Positions 60,073-64,000 of a stretch of 64,000 nt of DNA are shown here, in pieces; within the stretch, counting starts at the first letter, position 1, and every line of letters begins with the position of its first letter. The position numbers were made by a program, and so were the translations under genes. Where the stretch lies: assembly GCA_963663965.2 (NCBI GenBank), contig CAXXFK010000028.1, forward strand, positions 256,001 to 320,000. Reading direction: 5' to 3'. Source of the DNA: Sedimentisphaerales bacterium. Its GTDB lineage: Bacteria > Planctomycetota > Phycisphaerae > Sedimentisphaerales > SM23-30. A model generated the notes under the pieces. The model did not search any database. It worked only from the letters and a program-made list of their open reading frames with translations, and was not told the origin of the DNA.

Positions 60073-60591
60073 CTATTCTTCGTCTTTAATCATCATCGGG
60101 GCAGGTGAGGTTTTTTTGGCTTTGCTTTTGGCCAGTTCCAGTTTCCGGGCATATTCGATGCAATAGCGAGCATAAGGTTTGGCTTCAAGACGTTCGCGGC
60201 CGATTACCTTGCCCGTGCCTTCGCAGATCCCGTATTCACCCTTGTTTATTTTGCTGAGGGAATAATCAATTTCTGCCAGAATTTTGCGTTCACCATCAAT
60301 GAGGCTTAATGTAAATTCCTGTTCATAATTATCCGTACCAATATCCGCCATGTGAACAGGCATATTAGAAAGTTCGCCAGATCCATCCAAAGCATCGGTA
60401 CTCATGCGTCCCATATCACCTAATAAATCACGACGGAGTTCCAATAATCGATCACGATAATATTCGATCTCTTTGGCGGTTAATGGTTTCTCTTCAACAG
60501 TGGTTTCTGTCTTTTTCCGGCGGGCTCGCGCTTCGGCGCGGGTGGTTTTGGCGGGCTTGCTGTTTGGGGTTGATTTCGTCTTTTCACTCAT
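60073..60591 (-). CDS. dksA: DksA/TraR family transcription factor
   Basis: HMADIGTD coiled-coil tip and YGICEGTGKVI...RLEAKPYARYC. Confidence 0.85.
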   Translation of the reverse strand: MSEKTKSTPNSKPAKTTRAEARARRKKTETTVEEKPLTAKEIEYYRDRLLELRRDLLGDMGRMSTDALDGSGELSNMPVHMADIGTDNYEQEFTLSLIDGERKILAEIDYSLSKINKGEYGICEGTGKVIGRERLEAKPYARYCIEYARKLELAKSKAKKTSPAPMMIKDEE

Positions 60592-60669
60592 TATTATAAA
60601 TCCATTCTTTGTAATTAGTTATGCTCAATTCTCCAAATTCGGTCACATCGTCCCTGATAATGTCGCAGA

Positions 60670-60698
60670 AGTATAAAATCCACTTTGTTAAAGGTCAA
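60670..60698 (-). promoter_or_regulatory. Putative sigma70 promoter of dksA
   Basis: TTGACC-17 nt-TATACT. Confidence 0.5.
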
Positions 60699-60953
60699 GT
60701 AAAAACTCTAAAATTAGCCATTTTACCAAATTCCTCAATCGGTTATTTATGGCTTTCAGTTTACTTGATTTTAGAACGAAACTTCTTTATTCTAGTTCGC
60801 TCAATTTTGTATTTTCTCTGCAAGGTTTAATGAAAATTGATTAATTTCATTGAAACACTAATTTAATAGTCATAAAATGTTTGCGTTTCAATGTATGGCT
60901 TTGTATAAAGTCAGAGAGAATTTCGATAACCTGATGTATTTTGGTAAGTTACA

Positions 60954-62205
60954 TTGAGTACTGATATATCTGTTTACAACTATGATAATGGAATCAGGCT
61001 GGTCTGTGAACCCATGGATGATGTCGCGTCGGCGGCGATTGTTTTTGCAATTCCTTGCGGGGTTTCCAGAGATCCTCAATTGAAAAATGGCCTTTCCGGC
61101 GTATTAAGTGAACTTATCTTCCGCGGAGCGGGACCTTATGATAACCAGGCTCTCAATGACCAGTTTGATATGCTGGGAATACACCGAAACAGTTCTGCCA
61201 ACACCATGTTTTTGAATATTTCCGGATCTATGGTTAGCGATAAATTGCCTCAAGCCATCGAGCTTTTTAGTCAGGTAATTCAAAATCCTCTATTGCCTGA
61301 CGATCAGGTGGAATTTTGTAAGTCGTTATCAATCCAGAGCATAGATTCAATTGATGACGATCCTCGCCAAAAAATTTCCATATTGGCGCGCAGCCAATTC
61401 TTAAATTATCCCTATAATCAGTCTCATTACGGTCAAAAAGCGGATATTGCATCTCTAAGCCATCAGGAAATCTATAACCATTACAAACGTTTTTTTGCAC
61501 CTTCTGAAACAATTATCGCTGTTGCCGGGAATATTGATCCTGATCAGGTTTATAATCTGATTAACCAATTCTTTGGCAACTGGAGTGCCCAGTTGCTGCC
61601 CGAATTGTCGGCGCCCCAGGCTTTCAGTCGGGTGTATCATGAAGAAAATGATGGCAATCAGGTTCATATAGCCGTTTTGTATCCTTCGATTCACACCAGT
61701 CACCCGGATTTTTACAAGGCCCTGCTTTCTGTCTCAGTCCTTTCTGGCGGAATGGGAAGTCGCTTATTCACTGAAGTTCGGGAAAAACGCGGGTTATGTT
61801 ACGCGGTTGGCGCCAATCATATGGTTATCGATAAGTTGGGTGCCGTCTTCTGTTATGCCGGCAGCAGTCCGGCGAACGCACAACAGGCGCTGGATGTCAT
61901 CATGCATGAATTAAGTATGCTGGCTCAAGGAGTGACCGAGGAAGAGCTCCAGCGCGCCAGAATTGGTTTGCGGGCTTCGTTGGTAATGCAAGGGGAATCC
62001 AACGTCTTCCCGGGCTTCGGGATGTGCCGGTGATCTCTATCATCTCAACCGGGTACGAACCCTGGAAGAGATCGAGCAGGCAATTATGGCCGTGACGATT
62101 GATGAAATTAATCAATTTGTCGAGAGTACGCCTCCCGCCGATTTCACAATGGTTACGATAGGTCCGAATAAACTTAATACGGATTGTTATATTGAGAAAG
62201 CTTGA
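60954..62205 (+). CDS. M16 (pitrilysin) family peptidase, non-catalytic-type subunit, frameshift near 62001
   Basis: FRGAG and LSGGMGSRLFTEVREKRGLCY. HxxEH is absent (GVLSE). Removing one A extends the frame ES-TSSRA...TIGP to the stop at 62205. Confidence 0.8.
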
Positions 62206-62494
62206 TTAGAAACCTGGAAAATCTCCGGGAATCAGGTTTTTCAGATAGTGGTTTTCCTAAAAAAACTGGATTTTATTGGTCGTTTGCCGGGATTATCGCC
62301 GATACTATTAACCGCCCGTGTTCGGTTTTTAAACTGAACTGGGTAGGTTTACATACATAATTAAACCCCGGGGACAGGGGTATTCGTTTGCAGGCCGGGA
62401 CAGCGCTTTCCCAAAGTAACCAGATGGATTGTTGATTTATCTGCTTATCTGTTTATCTGTTCGTTACATCTATAATAAAGACTGAGATTTCATC

Positions 62495-63679
62495 ATGTTA
62501 TTCAATGCCGATCATACGACTTCCCCCCAGAAATTCAGTATCCCCGTGATTGCTCTGGTGGTGCTGGTATTGACTGGAATATTTTCGTTTACAGTTTCCA
62601 TGGCTCAGACACGTATTGATGGCCCGTTGGCAAATGAAAGCGATAGTCAGCCGGAAATAGTTGCTCAGAGCCCGATCGTTTCCGAAATCCCTGTCCAGTC
62701 AAAAGGGAATGGAATGGATGAAAATTGGCTACATCAGGAAATGCTCCGGGTGGCAAGCCAGGTTTATGATCAGTCATTAGGAAGTTTAAAGATTACCTTG
62801 GCGATCATGATCGGGATTATCGGCGGGGGTATGATTGTCACCATGTTTTACCTGGGGTATGTGGATCAGCAACGAAAACAACGCCATGAATATTTATTGG
62901 CCAATGCCGAGCAGCTGGCCCGCCAGATTCAGGCATCCGCTCATGATTTACGCAGGGTCTATCAGGAAGCCAGAGAATGGGAAAGGGATCTTTCAGAGAA
63001 GATGCGTGAACGTTATGAAATTCATCATCGTAAAAATAAACAATTACTTGAAGAACTGGAACAGGCTCAAGGTGAATTGCAGGCCATGGAGCAGGAGATC
63101 ATGCGTTTGTCACAAACGCCGATCAAACGCCCGGATTATGAGCGTACCGTGTCTTCCATGATGAATCAGTCACCGACGGAAAGGGTTTCCAGAAAAGAGG
63201 TGAAAATACGAGAAATTGCAGGCATACCCGTCACATTTGTTCAGCGGCCATCATCAGATCAAACAATTCCGGCTACTGAGCCGGATGAGCGTTTTCAGGA
63301 GATTTCTAAACCAACTGTTGCCGAAACAGAATCACTGTTTCCGCATTCCCAACCCAAATCAGCATTGCACGAACAACGCCGGCAAATCATCGATAAAATT
63401 CATCAGACATTTGAACGGGAACTTGAGAAAAATCCCGATAATCCCTCGACCTATCTCAATTGGGGCAACGCCTGTTTGAAGGTTGCCAACAAACTGAAGG
63501 GGGAAGAGCGGAGCCGGATGTTGGAAATTGCTCGAGAAAAATGGATGATGGCGGAACGGTGTCACGCTGGAACGGCCAAGCGGCAGTTATCTGTATTGAA
63601 TGCGATAACCGGACTGGAACAGCAATCTCAGGAATGGGCTTATATGAACCATCAGGATGTCGTGAAACAAACTACCTGA
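62495..63679 (+). CDS. Membrane-anchored coiled-coil protein with TPR-like C-terminus
   Basis: Two TM segments, heptad-rich middle and TYLNWGNACL. Confidence 0.6.
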   Translation: MLFNADHTTSPQKFSIPVIALVVLVLTGIFSFTVSMAQTRIDGPLANESDSQPEIVAQSPIVSEIPVQSKGNGMDENWLHQEMLRVASQVYDQSLGSLKITLAIMIGIIGGGMIVTMFYLGYVDQQRKQRHEYLLANAEQLARQIQASAHDLRRVYQEAREWERDLSEKMRERYEIHHRKNKQLLEELEQAQGELQAMEQEIMRLSQTPIKRPDYERTVSSMMNQSPTERVSRKEVKIREIAGIPVTFVQRPSSDQTIPATEPDERFQEISKPTVAETESLFPHSQPKSALHEQRRQIIDKIHQTFERELEKNPDNPSTYLNWGNACLKVANKLKGEERSRMLEIAREKWMMAERCHAGTAKRQLSVLNAITGLEQQSQEWAYMNHQDVVKQTT

Positions 63680-63701
63680 GTATGGGATTATTGGAAGAGC
63701 G

Positions 63702-64000
63702 TCAGGCTGGCTCATCGCGTTCTTCGATGGTGGCCTTTTCTTTTTCCTCGTCTATAAAGGCCAGCAATTTGTCATGTTTGAGATGCTCAACAAGACGTTC
63801 CCGGGCTTGATCTTTTACTGCCTCAAAGGGTATCGGTTGCGATTCTTTTCTATCCAGTACTTTGGCGATATGCAATCCAAAGCGCGTTTGGAACACATTG
63901 CTGATTCCGCCGGCCGGTAACGAAAAAACCATCGCTTCAAATTCTTCAACCATCTCTCCGCGCGCAAAATAACCCAGGTCTCCACCATTTTGCGGGCAAT
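63702..64000 (-). CDS. Parvulin-type peptidyl-prolyl isomerase, C-terminal part (truncated by window edge)
   Basis: NGGDLGYFARGEMVEEFE..VF...ISNVFQTRFGLHI. Confidence 0.85.
   Translation of the reverse strand, partial: CPQNGGDLGYFARGEMVEEFEAMVFSLPAGGISNVFQTRFGLHIAKVLDRKESQPIPFEAVKDQARERLVEHLKHDKLLAFIDEEKEKATIEERDEPA

Noticed and set aside
1..64000. CRISPR array, prophage, integrase or transposase
   Set aside because: No regularly spaced direct repeats and no recognisable cas, phage structural or recombinase genes were seen.

Overview
Bacterial chromosomal window, probably from a planctomycete of the Phycisphaerae/Sedimentisphaerales type. This is inferred from PEP-CTERM proteins, dockerin-like EF-hand modules, H-X9-DG-type proteins, DUF1570 and GLUG proteins and an ECF sigma/anti-sigma pair. 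It carries carbohydrate-utilisation genes (1-16 kb), housekeeping genes (nadA, purN, ileS, queA, tatD, tcdA, dksA) and many secreted proteins. The most unusual locus is a minus-strand unit at about 27.7-31.3 kb. In order it has a near-consensus sigma70 promoter, a leader peptide with mutually exclusive antiterminator/terminator hairpins, two uncharacterised ORFs and a tRNA(CAU). These are followed by two paralogous tRNA-like RNAs with 15-nt anticodon arms, a ~260-nt multibranched structured RNA closed by a 16-bp helix, an SPFH/slipin gene and a terminator. It looks like a translation-stress-induced RNA/membrane module with no RtcB or Ro60 gene in the locus. Other notable items are an IleRS2 with swapped GVHH and EMHKS signature motifs, a family of long palindromic MITE-like elements sharing an asymmetric core, and seven frameshifts that probably reflect sequencing indels. 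All calls come from reading the sequence; no database searches were run.
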